Part shown: positions 1 through 13,376 of the stretch, in pieces
Numbering within the stretch: the first letter of the stretch is position 1
Layout: each line of letters opens with the position of its first letter
Assembly: GCA_964016885.1 (NCBI GenBank)
Contig: OZ024743.1
Coordinates: 31,124,001 to 31,188,000 of the forward strand
Origin: Eledone cirrhosa
Taxonomy: Eukaryota
Direction: 5' to 3'
DNA: 64,000 bases
Translations under genes and position numbers: made by a program
The notes under the pieces: generated by a model
Database searches by the model: none
Seen by the model: the letters and a program-made list of their open reading frames with translations, nothing else
What the model was told of the DNA's origin: nothing

Positions 1-742
1 TTTTATTTATATTAATGTCCTTAAATGGCACTAACACAATCAACGGTGCTGTCTAATTACTTCCTATAAATAAACTATTAAATTCATTAAATTGCACCGA
101 CTGAATTATTCAAACGACACCAGAAAATAATGGTATTTGTAAAATTTCTGTTTCATACACATGTTTTAATGTATTTCTATTATTATGTTATTTAAATTTA
201 CTTTTAACACATTTATCCAACTAAACCTTCAACCCAGTTACACTTTTTTAGCTTATATTCATAAATCTGATTTTAATTTAGTTTTATAATTTCAAAATAT
301 GAAGGGAAATAAAATCAGAAGAAAAACTGCAGAATGTTTTTCTTTTATTCAGATGAGAAATTACAGCATTTTCGGTGAATTTATATTGGTCTCCTAAATA
401 GCTCTTCCAAATAACGCTTCCAAATCTAAACACGCGCGCACACAGACACACACACACACACAGAGACACACACACCCACACACGCACACACATACATCCA
501 CACAAACACACACAATCCTAATCATAAACGCACACAATCGCACATGCACAGGCATATGCACAGCATACACACAACGCACACACGTTTTTATATTTATCCC
601 ACATAGGAAATTCATGTGTATAAAGGTTCGCTGTGACATTATTTTCTCCAGTAGCAACTCATTGCGTGCATACATATAACATTCTACTCCAGGTAGAATA
701 CCTTCTCAATATATTATCAATACTAAAATATGATTTGAATAG

Positions 743-945
743 TCTTCTTCTTCTTCTTCTTCTTCTTCTTCTTCTTCTTCTTCTTCTTCTTCTTCTTCTT
801 CTTCTTCTTCTTCTTCTTCTTCGTTTCCCACCCGAACTGGCTGGATCCCCAAGCATGACTAGACAAATTTATGTACCTTTTCCAGCCATCTTGTTCGTGG
901 TCTACATTTTGGTCTCCTGCCGGTTGGTTGTTCAACGATTATTTC
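743..945 (-). mobile_element. 3' fragment of RTE-clade (Rex3/Expander-like) LINE with (GAA)n tail
   Basis: Minus strand reads EQPTGRRPKCRPRTRWLE (RTE C-terminal GxRxxGRPxxRW-type motif), followed by a (GAA)n tail seen as (CTT)n at 743-821. Confidence 0.7.
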
Positions 946-1119
946 CTAAGAACTTATGACCACATTCTCGTAGTATGGATTGAAACTAAGGAAGCAACTA
1001 TATGTTATTAGAACAACATTAGTATTATTTTGCGTAACTTATATTGTATTTGAAACTTAATCATAGGTTAATTGATACAGCCGCAGAATTTGCAAGGTCC
1101 ATTTTACTGATGTAAAATA

Positions 1120-1302
1120 ATTGTTTCTACATTTGGCACAAGACCAGCAATTACCCAATGGATTGCTGGTACTTTATTTTATTGACCCAGTAAGGATGAA
1201 AGGCAAAGTTAATCTCGGCGGGATTTGAACTCATAATGGAAAGGGACGTAATTCTATGCGTCAAAGCACGGCGTCTGCCCCTCTACCGATGCTACTAATC
1301 CA
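1120..1302 (-). mobile_element. tRNA-derived SINE (family S1)
   Basis: Minus strand has an A-box-like GCATCGGTAGAG, a B-box GAGTTCAAATC and the core ACTTTGCCTTTCATCCTTAC..GGGTC.ATAAAATAAAGTACCAG shared with several other copies in the window. Confidence 0.75.
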
Positions 1303-2442
1303 TTAAAACAATGAAGATTAAAATGACGATCCGAATGTTACTGTAGTCAGAGACAACTTAAACGAATCAAATGATTAATTTAATCCAAATGTTTGCAACA
1401 TAGTAATCGCGGCTCAAATATGGCATTGCAGAAGAGGATATATTAAAATGTGTCATATACTAAATAGGGGAACAGGTAATAGAAATAGACAGTTCCAAAG
1501 GATTCAGGAGTGTTTCTCTCTCCAAACTTTCATACTCGGAGGAGCTAATTTCGCACAAGGAGCCATGCACAAGGAACCAGAACAGTTGATTATGCATCAA
1601 CATTGTAAAGCGTACGCAACCAGGTGTACATTTAGAAAAACATATATTCAGTCATCTTGAGAATATAATGTATCAATAACTAAACAGGATAGAATGACAT
1701 CAATATATATTGATACACGTTATGTAATACGAATAGTAAAAACAGGTAAAATTGTTTTTAGCATGCTGCGATCATTCTCGTAGTTTCAGATATCCTATCC
1801 GGTACCGTACGGTATATATCACACAACCTCAATTCAAGCAGCTGGGATAATGAAAACGAACAGCAGCAGGTTATTCCCATTTAATGACGTTATTGCAAAC
1901 GTGTGACGTGTTCATAACCAAACCATTGGACCAACTTTACCTGTCCGTCACGTTACGCTACACTGCATGAAACATCTATTTGATAATGACTCTTTGATGA
2001 ACCTGTTTGTTGATCAATACAAACAGCACCGTTTAAGATTAGTTCATATTGATATTGATATAGTTAGAAGTATATTTCTGATACATATTTTATATATTTT
2101 GTTATTTTATCATTTTCCACATTGTAAATAATATTCCGTTTATTGCCAGCCTACTCTCATTTAATTACATAACCGCAACTCGCAGTAATCATGCGTTTCG
2201 CAACCAGAATCCACATATAAAGACAGCATATAAAGTTATATGATTTTTCACCAACATATAAACCCCCGTACATATTCATATATAAGCGTTGGAACAAATT
2301 AGGGCTACCTATTATGAATATCTCTTAGTAAATATAACAAGGACCAAAGATGCATATTCATGAATAGCCAGGTGTAGATTAAAATATACACAGACACATA
2401 ATCACACACACACACACATACAAAAAAATACATCCCCCTACC

Positions 2443-2497
<55 letters not shown>

Positions 2498-2500
<3 letters not shown>

Positions 2501-2642
2501 CTTCAGCTCGGACTGAAGATCCGCATGTGAAACAATTGTTCCCGGTATGGAGAACTAACTGTTGTTTTACTACTTTCACCAAACTCGATTTACGGATTAA
2601 GTGCTCTACCACTACGGATATTAACTTCCAGTGTTCTACCTG
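2498..2642 (+). mobile_element. Penelope-like terminal fragment (family P1) with degenerate minimal hammerhead
   Basis: Short fold-back GATCTTCAG/CTGAAGATC; CTGAAGA(2513)...GAAAC-AATT-GTT; homologous to 33281-33512; between microsatellites. Confidence 0.55.
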
Positions 2643-2659
2643 TACACACATACGCAGAC

Positions 2660-2695
<36 letters not shown>

Positions 2696-2703
<8 letters not shown>

Positions 2704-2919
2704 ATACTTTGGGAGGGTCATGTTGCCAATAAGAAACACACGCACCAGGTGCTTTCACTTCAATTTATTATAATAAATTTATAAATTTACTATAATAAAT
2801 TGATGTGAATGCAACTGGTGCGTTTGTTTCTTATTGGCAACATGACCCTCTCAAAGTATAACAATATCGGTTTCAACACACGTTTTCAGATAAAGAATCT
2901 TGGTAAACAAATTCAGAAA

Positions 2920-2921
<2 letters not shown>
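2696..2921. mobile_element. Fold-back (inverted) PLE-like terminus, family P2
   Basis: ~80 bp inverted arms centred near 2780; terminal ATGACCCTC.CAAAGTATAACAATATC.GTTTC.ACACACG shared with 45617-45698; (TA)n on both sides. Confidence 0.65.
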
Positions 2922-2971
<50 letters not shown>

Positions 2972-3453
2972 GGTCATTTATCTTGTCTGTGTGTATACAC
3001 CGCCTTTCCTCCTTTTGGATAACACCTTTTTTTTTGCTAATAGATATGTATGTTTATTTTAATTGGTTTCTAACAAAAATCAAAATCGTTGTACACGACA
3101 CTCTCTCTCTCGTTCAATCATGCGAAATAATAGATTTCGTTTCTAATTTCCTAACACAAACATATAAATTGTCTGCTGCTTATCGTTTACTCTATACTAT
3201 CATTAATTTATTTCTAAGTGCCTTTACCCAGCGGCAAATCAAATGTACTAAATTACAGAATACGAGTCTTTATCGTAAAACTTATGTTCAGATGTGTGTG
3301 TGTGAGTATAACAATTCGATGTCTTATATATATATATTATATATATATTATATAATTATATATGTGTGTGTGTGTACGTGTGTGTACATGTGTATGTGTG
3401 TGCGTGTGTAGGTGTGTGTGTATGTGTGTAAATATATGTAAGTATGCACACGT

Positions 3454-3504
<51 letters not shown>

Positions 3505-3507
<3 letters not shown>

Positions 3508-3693
3508 CAAAGGAATTGTAGTAAGGAACGAGATGGACCATAAAGCACCAGGGTACTCAGTACTTAGGTTAGTAGAGTAGGAATAGGAAAAAGTATGACC
3601 CCGGCGGCAGAGCTCAAGCCGTCTCGGCGGCTATTTCTGGACTGAAATAGCCGTCGAAACGGCTTGAGCTCTGCCGTCGGTGTCATACTTTTT

Positions 3694-3696
<3 letters not shown>
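3505..3696. mobile_element. Fold-back PLE-like terminus, family P3
   Basis: Inverted arms ATAGGAAAAAGTATGAC...GGCTATTTC / GAAATAGCC...GTCATACTTTTTCCTAT; homologues at 34852, 44038 and 49570; embedded in (TA)n. Confidence 0.65.
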
Positions 3697-3770
<74 letters not shown>

Positions 3771-5102
3771 ATATAAATAAAATAACAGGAGAATTGACTG
3801 GTGTAAATCCTTGAAAGTTTTATTATACTATGATCATTTCAATGACCGGGTTACATATGTATATATATATATAGAGAGAGAGTATATATTGGTTGTTTAT
3901 GATATGATTCCAGTTCCTCAGAGAAATAAAACCCAACCAGGAGCTGGCCATATCGGAGTATTGATGGAGTAAAACACTTCAACAACATGTGTACCTCTCT
4001 CTACCACACCAATTCGGACTGCCTAAGAGGTCACACAAATATATATAGCAGTACATCTTAAATAAACGAAGCCAAATTTTAAATATTTGACTTAATTATT
4101 TTATATATATATATATATATATAACTACCTTCTGTATACTGTTTGTTTAATGATAATTGATGAAACATATATATTGTTAGGCAAACCATAACATTAGTGC
4201 CATCTTATGTATCCATGCGTGTGCTTTGATAAATGATAAGCATTGGCATACATAATATGGATTGAGTTTTTGATTTCTTTTTAGTTAACCAATTAGTTCC
4301 CAGGCATAGACAAGTTTTTAACTCGAACTGTTATTTGTATCTCACGTGTTATGTAAATGAGGTAATTTATATACTATGAACAGAATTCCAGCCTATATAT
4401 TAGTTCAAAACATGCATATTCAAACATCTGTGTATAAAGTAAAATAAATGATTTTGACTGATTTACATTATATATTGAGCGAATTAAGAAACCATAACAG
4501 GGCGAATTTTAGTTCCACATGGAATATCATTACATCCTGGCATGCCGTAAACTATCATTTGAAGTGAGCGACAAAGATATGTTTTAAAACAAATCCTAGT
4601 TTCAGGAATCAACATATGCAATAAATCCCACTACATTATTATATCCAGGCAAGAGGTCTATGACCTCAGTTGAGCCAATATAATTAATAGCTAAATCTCA
4701 TCAAATTATGTCCAACTCAAACAAAAACATTGAGTACTTTAACCAAGGTCATATAGTAATTTCTCGTGATAGTCATGCAGCAATATCATATTTTTACGTA
4801 ATCAAAGCACTTTTTTTCTTAATAATTCATGAACAGAATATATGTCGTTGCTCATATTTTTTACTCCATATCAATGGTGATCACACAAACACACTTATGT
4901 TCAAATGTATTCCAACAATGAGTAATTACTCTCTATAATTAGAATGCAAGCTCTATTATCTAATCATTAATCTCTTGAAATAAAATATTATTTGTGGCAT
5001 GACTAGTCATAATTTATATAAGTATACGTAATCGTACTTTTTAGAATGTGTGGTTATCAATGACATATATTGGGAGTGTAAATTTCTTGCTTAACCACTT
5101 CA

Positions 5103-5142
<40 letters not shown>

Positions 5143-5151
5143 CACACACCC

Positions 5152-5183
<32 letters not shown>

Positions 5184-5816
5184 ATGTGTGTGTATGTGTT
5201 TGCGTATGTGTGCGTGTGTGTGTGTGCGTGTGTGCGTGTGGGTGTGTGTGGGTGGGTTAGGTGTGTATCCCCAGTTATAGGCGGCGAGCTGTTCAAAACA
5301 TTCAATTCTGGTACGAGGTCCGTTTCGTTTAGGTTGTATTCCAGTCTTATGACTGTAGTGCACAGGGTCTATATAGATTTAAAAGAGTCGACGATAGTGT
5401 TGCCTCATATGTATAAACTTCATTTGCATATTATGATTGTTTCCATATCGATTATCTCTGGAGATAATCAATTCAACGGGATCAACTCATTTTCAACAAG
5501 TCCTCCGATATGTGAACTTATATGTGCAAAGACACATCTAAATGTTTGACAAAGGTCCCGAGATCAATTTATATACACTTGTTGGTGGTATTCTATGATC
5601 TGGGTAGTACATTCGGTTTAGGTTTAGAGCGTGGAGTATAAGGGTGAAAGATAAAGTGGAAAAATATAAACAACAGAGGTCGTAAAAGTTAAAAAAACAT
5701 GTATTATATTGAAAATATTTAAAAAACTTTAATCAAAATGGTAGATAAATGAAAGTAAGTGGAAAGGATCGGTAAAACTATTAAGTAAAATGATAAGAGA
5801 AATAATAGATAATAAT

Positions 5817-6152
5817 CGTTTCTACTTCTGGCATATAGCCAGCAATCATCCCAGTGCATTACTGGTACTTTATTTTATCGACCCCGTAAGGATGAAAGGC
5901 AAAGTTAACCTCGGCGTAATTTGAACTCGGAGCGTAATGATATCTAGTATAGGCAGAGGCCAGTAATTTGGGGAGAGAGGAAGTCGATTAAATCGACCCC
6001 AGTACGTTACTTGTGCTTTATTTTATCGACCCCGTAAGGAGGAAAGGCAAAGTTAACCTCGGCGGGATTTGAAATCAGTTCGTAAAGGGACGTAACTCTA
6101 AGCCGTAAAGCATGGTGTCTGATTCTCTACCGATAGTGCCAATCCACCGCCC
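5817..6152 (-). mobile_element. Two tandem S1 tRNA-SINE copies
   Basis: Core TTTATTTTATCGACCCCGTAAGGA.GAAAGGCAAAGTTAACCTCGGCG..ATTTGAA occurs twice (~5870 and ~6020); tRNA head GGCGGTGGATTGGCACTATCGGTAGAG starts at 6152 on the minus strand. Confidence 0.75.
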
Positions 6153-6159
6153 TTAATAA

Positions 6160-6557
6160 TAAATTAGAATACGACAGGTATGACCTGGTGGTTTTTGACA
6201 TCGAAAATAGATCTTGTCTTATTGTAGATGTAGCCTGCCCATTTGACACGAGAATGCAAGAGTGAGAAAATTAACCGATGCCAGGATTTAAAGTGGGAGT
6301 TAACACGATTTGGAACTGCCATGAGATGAAGGTCGTCCCGATTGTCATAGGCGCACTAGGAACTATATCAAAGAGTTTCCAAGAATGGTTAAAGAAGATT
6401 AGTCCAGCCCTGTTTTCGGAAGACTTGAAAAAGGCATGCTTGCTTGGAACAGCAAGAACACTCCGATACGTCCTAAATATCTGAGGCTGAAGGTAGCGAC
6501 TTGGTATTCATTCCAACAAACATTCCAGTTAAATAACATAAATGCCTGAGACTCAAA

Positions 6558-6560
<3 letters not shown>
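6160..6560 (+). mobile_element. R4/Dong-like element lineage A, 5'-truncated 3' fragment
   Basis: Degenerate RLE domain ...IVDVACPFDTR...KACLLGTARTLRYVLNI* plus the same 3' UTR as the long A copies, ending in (TAA)n. Confidence 0.9.

Positions 6561-6640
<80 letters not shown>
6559..6640. repeat. (TAA)n linker / target microsatellite
   Basis: Pure TAA run between the A and B fragments. Confidence 0.95.
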
Positions 6641-7107
6641 GATGCAAATAGACCTGATATAATATTGAAGGACTTTAAAAAGAGGGTATGCCTGCTAATT
6701 GATATGTCTGTTCCAATAGACAAGAATGTATCTATAAAAACATTTGAAAAATTGAGCAAGTATAAGGACCTGGAGATAGAAATTGGAAAAATGTGGAAAT
6801 TGAGAACTAAAACAATACCAGTGGTTGTAGGCGCTCTGGGAATGATACCTAAGGGGTCTAATGATTACTTATCCCAAATCCCAGGAAACCCGCGTATAGG
6901 AGAAATACAAAAGATAGTACTAATGGGAACTGCCCATATACTCAGGAAGATTGTGTCAATATAAGTACATCACAAGTCTAAACACTAAAGATGCATGTAT
7001 GAGTATGTATGTTCTTTCTTGGACATGGCGGACCTTGTTGTCTCTTGAGGTCACCGGTTGTGACTTGGTGAAAACTCGTATGAACATAAAGCAAGATAAA
7101 TGCAACT

Positions 7108-7108
<1 letters not shown>
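6637..7108 (+). mobile_element. R4/Dong-like element lineage B, 5'-truncated 3' fragment
   Basis: RLE motif NRPDIILKD...LIDMSVP...EKLSKYKDL; 3' UTR matches 27573-27717; ends in (TAA)n 7108-7185. Confidence 0.9.
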
Positions 7109-7186
<78 letters not shown>

Positions 7187-10100
7187 AAGGGAAGAAGACA
7201 CACGGGGTGGTAGAAGGTCAAGATATTGCTCCCGTAAGTTTTGAATTTTTAACATATTTAAATCATTTGTGAAATAACAACTCTTAGTACAAATGTTACG
7301 TAAAGCATCCGGCTTGAGCCCAAAAAAAATTCGGACCCAAAATATATTGTTATAAGCCTCAACTATTCAAATATTCAACTTTGTATTGTACATTGTATAT
7401 TCAAAAAAGAAAATGGCTATAAATGGAAGAAGAAGAACCCCCACCTCCTCTGTCTACACTATATAGAACAGCCAAACAACACCAATCTCACCAACACCAG
7501 AAACTAGATACACCACCTACCCCATCACCTCTCTGTGTACACTAAACACAACAGCCAGATAACGGCAACTTCACCACCACCACAACCAATCTCAACATAA
7601 TAATGATAATAATAATTACTATTATTATTGTCCCAAGTTTTAACAAAATGTTTAATTCCAACATTAAGGGAATGTATGTCAACACATGTACGCGACTAAC
7701 CCCATAGATTCACCGAACGGACACCAGTAACGACAACGCCGCCCATCCATCATTACTACCACTATCCCATCACCGCCGCCACCACTCCTTCATTGCTACC
7801 ACCGGTACAACACCATCACTACAGTAATACGATCACATCACCACCACCACTGCCTCAGTATCGACATCACCACCACCACTGTCTCAATATCGCTACCGCC
7901 GCTATTCTCTCCCATTGCTCCCTGCTAGTTGCTGCTAGCACAGCAGCAACACCACATTAAAGAATTCCTACTAAAAAAGAGGAAGGCATCAAAATATATA
8001 GATAGACTCAAAAGAAAAAAACAAAAATCAAAACCAAAGCAGCACAGCAACAACAACAACAAAAAAAAAAGAAAAACAAACAGAGAAAAACAAAAACAAA
8101 AAAAAACGTAAAGAAAATAAGAATTAAGAAAGAAACAAGCGGACGGACAGAGAAGAGAAGGGAACAACTAAGTCAGACATTCGAACACTACATTACAATG
8201 AAACTTATGCTTATTCATTTTTGGGGTTTTTTCTGCCTGTTTGTTTGTTTGTTGATTTGTGTTCGTCTACAGCGTGGTGTTAATGCCACACAAGAGCCAA
8301 GTGGAGTGACGCAACCACCGGATATGGTGAACCCACAGATGGTTATGTAACCATACATTCGCCAATCCTCGATAAGAGTGTTTAAATATCGAACCTAAAC
8401 AGTTCGAATAACGGTGAAATGGAGACTAGAACGTCATGTGACAGACTCTCACTCAACAGGTGCTCCCTGGCTCAGCAGCAGGAACCTGGCTGTCAACCAA
8501 ATACTGCTGGTGTCGGAGGAAGAAGAAGAAGGAAAGGGACCAGAACCAACTGGACGAAATAATTGAATAGAACTGTTATGCAATGTTACCTGAAGAGTAA
8601 CCCCAAGGAGAGGGGCTACAGGAGACGGATGCATAACATCTGGAACGAGATTGGTCTATTTAAATTAGATGAACAAAAATTGGCCGGGCAAGCTCGGGTA
8701 ATAAGAACTAATGGGTGGATAAGCGAGCTGGAACTGGAGGAACTGAGCAGAGAGATTAGCTTGGAGATGGAGGGTGGAGTATGCCAGGCAAACGAGCCAG
8801 TGGGAAATGAAGGTGAAGAGGTCGAGAGAACGGAGGAACCACCCGAAGCAGACAATGATCTGAATACTGAGATAAATAATACCTGGAACAGAGATACGGC
8901 CACCGAGGAGATGAATGCTGACGGGCTAGGACAAGATTCGGTTGACATCCTAAATTTAGTGGTAGATGAATTGAACAATGATAGTGGGAGACCTATGAAC
9001 CTAAGATTTGTAGACAGGAAAAGTTAAAAGAAACAACAGCTAAGGTAAAGAAAGTCATCCCATACCTTGAGGCGAGGAACCTTCACCAGTGCAACAATAT
9101 CCTCAAAGCAACAGCAAATACGGTGAGGAAACTACTTGGTATAAAAGCGAGAGGAAACAACAGACAAGAAAGAGTAGAGCCTTGGTGGAAGAAACGACTG
9201 AGTGGTCAAATCAGGGAAATGAGAAATGACATTGGAAAGCTTGAGTCACTACTGAATGGGACACTAAAAAAAATAGGCACTAAAAATAGACTGGAAATAA
9301 AGTACAAAACTAGGAGGAAAAAGCTAAATATTATCATAGAGGAACTGAAGCAACGCATTGTAGCAAAGAGTGCCAAAATCAGGCGATACGAGAACAGAGT
9401 CAGTCAGTATAAACAGAACAGCATGTTCGACAACAACCAGAAGATGCTGTTTGGACAGCTTGAGGGGAAAGAAAGAGGCAACGACTTGATCCCTGGGGCG
9501 GAGCAAACTAAAACATTCTGGAGAGGAATATGGGAGAAGGATGTTAGACATAATGTCCAGGCAGGGTGGATTGAGACAGTACAGAGGGAGATCGGTGAGC
9601 AGGCACAACAACAAACTGATTTGAGTATCACAGTTGAAACTCTTAAGGGGCAGGCCAAAAAACTAACCAACCGGAAATCACCAGGCCCAGATGGTGTGCA
9701 GGGGTATTGGATTAAAAATATAACATCCCTCCACCCGAAACTGACAACCATGTTCAATGACTGCTTGATGTCAGGTGAGGTACCAGAGTGGTTGACAAAA
9801 GGTACCACAGTTCTGATAATGAAAGACCGAAGCAAGGGTAATGATGTTACCAATTATAGACCTATCACATGTCTGTCCATAATGTGGAAACTGTTGACGA
9901 GCATTGTGTCTGAGGAAATCTACCATCACCTCTACACAAACAACTTGTTACCGGACGAACAGAAAGGATGCCGAAAGAAGTCACGTGGTACAAAGGACCA
10001 GTTACTTATTGATAAGATGTTAATGGGGAATTGCAGGAGGAGACACACTGATCTTGCCATGGGATGGATACACTACAGAAAGGCATTTGATATGGTGCCT

Positions 10101-11883
10101 CATTCTTGGATCACCAAAAGCCTGGAGATCTTCAAGGTGGCAGATAACATCAGACAGTTGTTGGGCAAGAGTATGAGGCCCTGGGAAACAGAGTTGACAT
10201 TAACTGGAGAATCTTTGGGAAGCGGGAAGATCAATAGAGGTATCTTCCAGGGAGAAAGCCTGTCCCCACTGTTGTTTGTCCTTGCCCTGATGCCCCTGAC
10301 CAGTGTACTGCGAAAAGTGAGAGCAGGATACGGGTTGGGAAAGGGAGGGCTTACCATCAATCACCTCCTCTTCATGGACGATCTTAAGCTCTTCGGGAAG
10401 AGAGAGAAGGAGTTGGATGTGCTTGTTGACACTGTCCGTATTTTCAGCAGTGATATATGTAAGCAGTTTGGTATTAGTAAGTGTGGAGTCATTGTGATGA
10501 GGAGAGGTAGGTTGAGCAGAAGTAACGGAATCCAGATACCAACAGGTGAGATGATAAACGAAATTGACTCTGAGGAAGGATACAAGTATTTGGGCGTTCT
10601 GGAGGCTGATGGCATAAAGAACAAAAAAAATGAAGGAATTGTTTAGAAATGAATACATTCGGAGAGTAAGGAGCGTATTGAAGTCACATCTGAACAGCAG
10701 AAATGCCATAAGCGCAGTAAATTCCCGAGCTGTGTCTCTTATTAGGTACAGTGCGGGAATTCTGAGATGGAATGTTGCTGAACAAAAAGAAATGGATAGG
10801 AAGACAAGGAAGCTATTGACTATCTACAACATGTTCCACAAGAGTGGTGATGTCGATAGACTCTACCTAAGGAGATCTGAGGGTGGAAGAGGTCTTATCA
10901 GCATAGAGGACTGTGTTCAGATGGATAAAACAACCTACACAAATACGTGACTGATAGTAAGGAGCCCATGCTCAGAACTGTACTGAAGGAGGGGACAATA
11001 GGCCAGGGGATGTCCAAGGAGGAAATAACATCAAGGAGAAAGAGCAGCCTTCAGGAAAAATACCTTCATAGTACCTTCTTTGAGAAAACTGAATTTAGAG
11101 ATCCACAGACATGGAACTGGTTGAGAAGAGGAGACCTTAAAAAGGCTACAGAAGGAATGTTAATGGCTGCGCAGGAGCAGGCCCTCAAAACGAAGTGGTT
11201 GAAACACCATATTCACAATGAGGAGGCTAGCACACTGTGCAGGATCTGTGGAGAGAGAGAGGAGACTGTGGCTCACATTGTATCCGAGTGTAAACACCTA
11301 GCCCAGACCCACTATAAGGGCTGGAGACATGATGTGATGGGCAGGGTGATCCACTGGCACCTGTGCAAAGTAAACAATTTACCACATTCTGAGAACTGGT
11401 ATGAGCATAAGCCAGAGGCGGTGATGGAGAACGATCAGGTGAAAGTGCTGTGGGATTTTAGGATACAGAGGGACAAGAAACTGGAACACAATAGACGTGA
11501 CCTGGTTGTTGTGGACAAAGAAAAAATATCGTGTCTGATTGTGGATGTGGCCTGCCCATTCGACACGAGAGTGCAAGAGAAGGAGAGGGAGAAAATTAAC
11601 CGATACCAGGACTTAAAGTGGGAGGTAAAAAGGATCTGGAACTGCCATGAATTCAAAGTAATCCCGATTGTCATAGGTGCACTGGGGACTATCTCCAAAA
11701 GATTCCAGGGATGGTTAAAGAAAATCGGCCCCTTCACGTCTTTGGAACGCTTCAAAAGGCATGCTTGCTGGGAACAGCAAGAACCCTCCGATACGTCCTG
11801 AATATCTGAGGCTGCAGGTAGTGGCTTGATATTCATTCCAACGGACTTTCCGGTTAACGAACATCAATGACTGAGATTCAAGG
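7187..11883 (+). mobile_element. R4/Dong-like non-LTR retrotransposon A1 (full length, defective)
   Basis: ~1.2 kb 5' UTR and a single disrupted ORF with R4-type N-terminal domain, RT (FMDD), CCHC knuckle CRICGEREETVAHIVSEC and RLE; flanked by (TAA)n. Confidence 0.92.
8419..11809 (+). pseudogene. A1 ORF (N-terminal domain-RT-CCHC-RLE) with stops and frameshifts
   Basis: ORF pieces 8563-9027, 9123-10646, 10630-10950 and 10947-11801 are collinear with the longer ORF of A3. Confidence 0.9.
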
Positions 11884-11898
11884 AATAATAATAACAAC

Positions 11899-11969
<71 letters not shown>

Positions 11970-12135
11970 GGGAAGAAGACGCACGAGGTGGTGGAAGGTC
12001 ATGAAATCGCTCCCGTAAGTTTTGAATTTTTAACATATTTAAATCATTTGTGAAATAACAACTCTTAGTACAAATGCTACGTAAAGCACCCGGCTTGAGC
12101 CCCCAAAAATTCGGACCCAAAATATATTGTTATAA

Positions 12136-12781
12136 GGCTCAAATATTCAAATATTCAACTTTGTATTGTACACTGTATATCCAAAAAAAAAAAAAATGGC
12201 TATAAATGGAAGAAGAAGAACCCCCCCTCCTCTCCTCTGGCTACACTATATAGGACAGCTAAACTCACCAACACCAGAAACTAGATACACCACCCACCCC
12301 ATCATCTGTGTACACTAAACACAACAGCATTTTCACCTTCACCGCCACCGCTCACTACGGCCATCATTACCACCACTATCCCATCACCGCCGCCACCACC
12401 CCTTGACTCCTTCACTGCTGCTGCCACCGCTACAGCACCATCACTACAGTAATACGGCTCAAATATTCAAATATTCAACTTTGTATTGTACACTGTATAT
12501 CCAAAAAAAATAAAATGGCTATAAATGGAAGAAGAAGAACCCCCCCCCCCCTCCTCTCCTCTGGCTACACTATATAGGACAGCTAAACTCACCAACACCA
12601 GAAACTAGATACACCACCCACCCCATCATCTGTGTACACTAAACACAACAGCATTTTCACCTTCACCGCCACCGCTCACTACGGCCATCATTACCACCAC
12701 TATCCCATCACCGCCGCCACCACCCCTTGATTCCTTCACTGCTGCTGCGACCGCTACAGCACCATCACTACAGTAATACGG
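12136..12781 (+). repeat. ~320 bp direct duplication within the 5' UTR of A2 (same in A3 at ~17095-17738)
   Basis: GGCTCAAATATTCAAATATTC...CACTACAGTAATACGG starts at 12136 and again at 12456; present once in A1. Confidence 0.9.
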
Positions 12782-12979
12782 TCGCATCACCGCCACCACT
12801 GCCTCGGTATCGACATCACCACCACCACTGTCTCAGTATCGCCAACGCCGCCAGTCTCTGCTGGCTGCCACTTCCACATTATAGAATTCCTACTACTAAC
12901 AAAGAGGAAGGCATCAAAATATATAGATAGACTCAAAAGAAAAAAGAAAAAACAAACAACAAAACCAAAGCAACACAGC

Positions 12980-13011
<32 letters not shown>

Positions 13012-13376
13012 CGAGAAAAACGAACAGAGAAAAACAAAAACAAAAAAAGAAACCCCAAAAACGTAAAGAAAATAAGAATGAAGAGAGAAGCAGGCGGACG
13101 GACAGAGAAGAGGGGGGAAAAAGTAAAACTTAAAAAACAAAAACTAAGTCAGACATTCGAACACTACATTACAATGAAATTTATGCTTATTCATTTTTGG
13201 GGCCCTTTCTGCCCGTGTGTTTGTTTGTTTATGTGTGTCCGTATACAGCGTGGTGATAATGCCACACAAGGGCCAAGTGGGATGGCGGATCCACAGATGG
13301 CTATGCAAACATACGTTCGCCAATCCTCGATAAGAGTGTTTAAATATCGAACATAAACAGTTCGAATAACGGTGAA

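Noticed and set aside
6542-6964. ATG in the A 3' UTR reading through poly-Ile in frame into B sequence (also 21566-22612)
   Set aside because: The frame is explained by junction microhomology (B's own AATA / Ile codon annealing to the TAA run) and by chance; nothing supports a functional fusion
7187-7250. HDV-like ribozyme at the 5' end of the A elements, as in R2
   Set aside because: I could not fit the nested P1/P1.1/P2/P3/P4 topology; the TCCTCG near 13324 lacks a flanking P3
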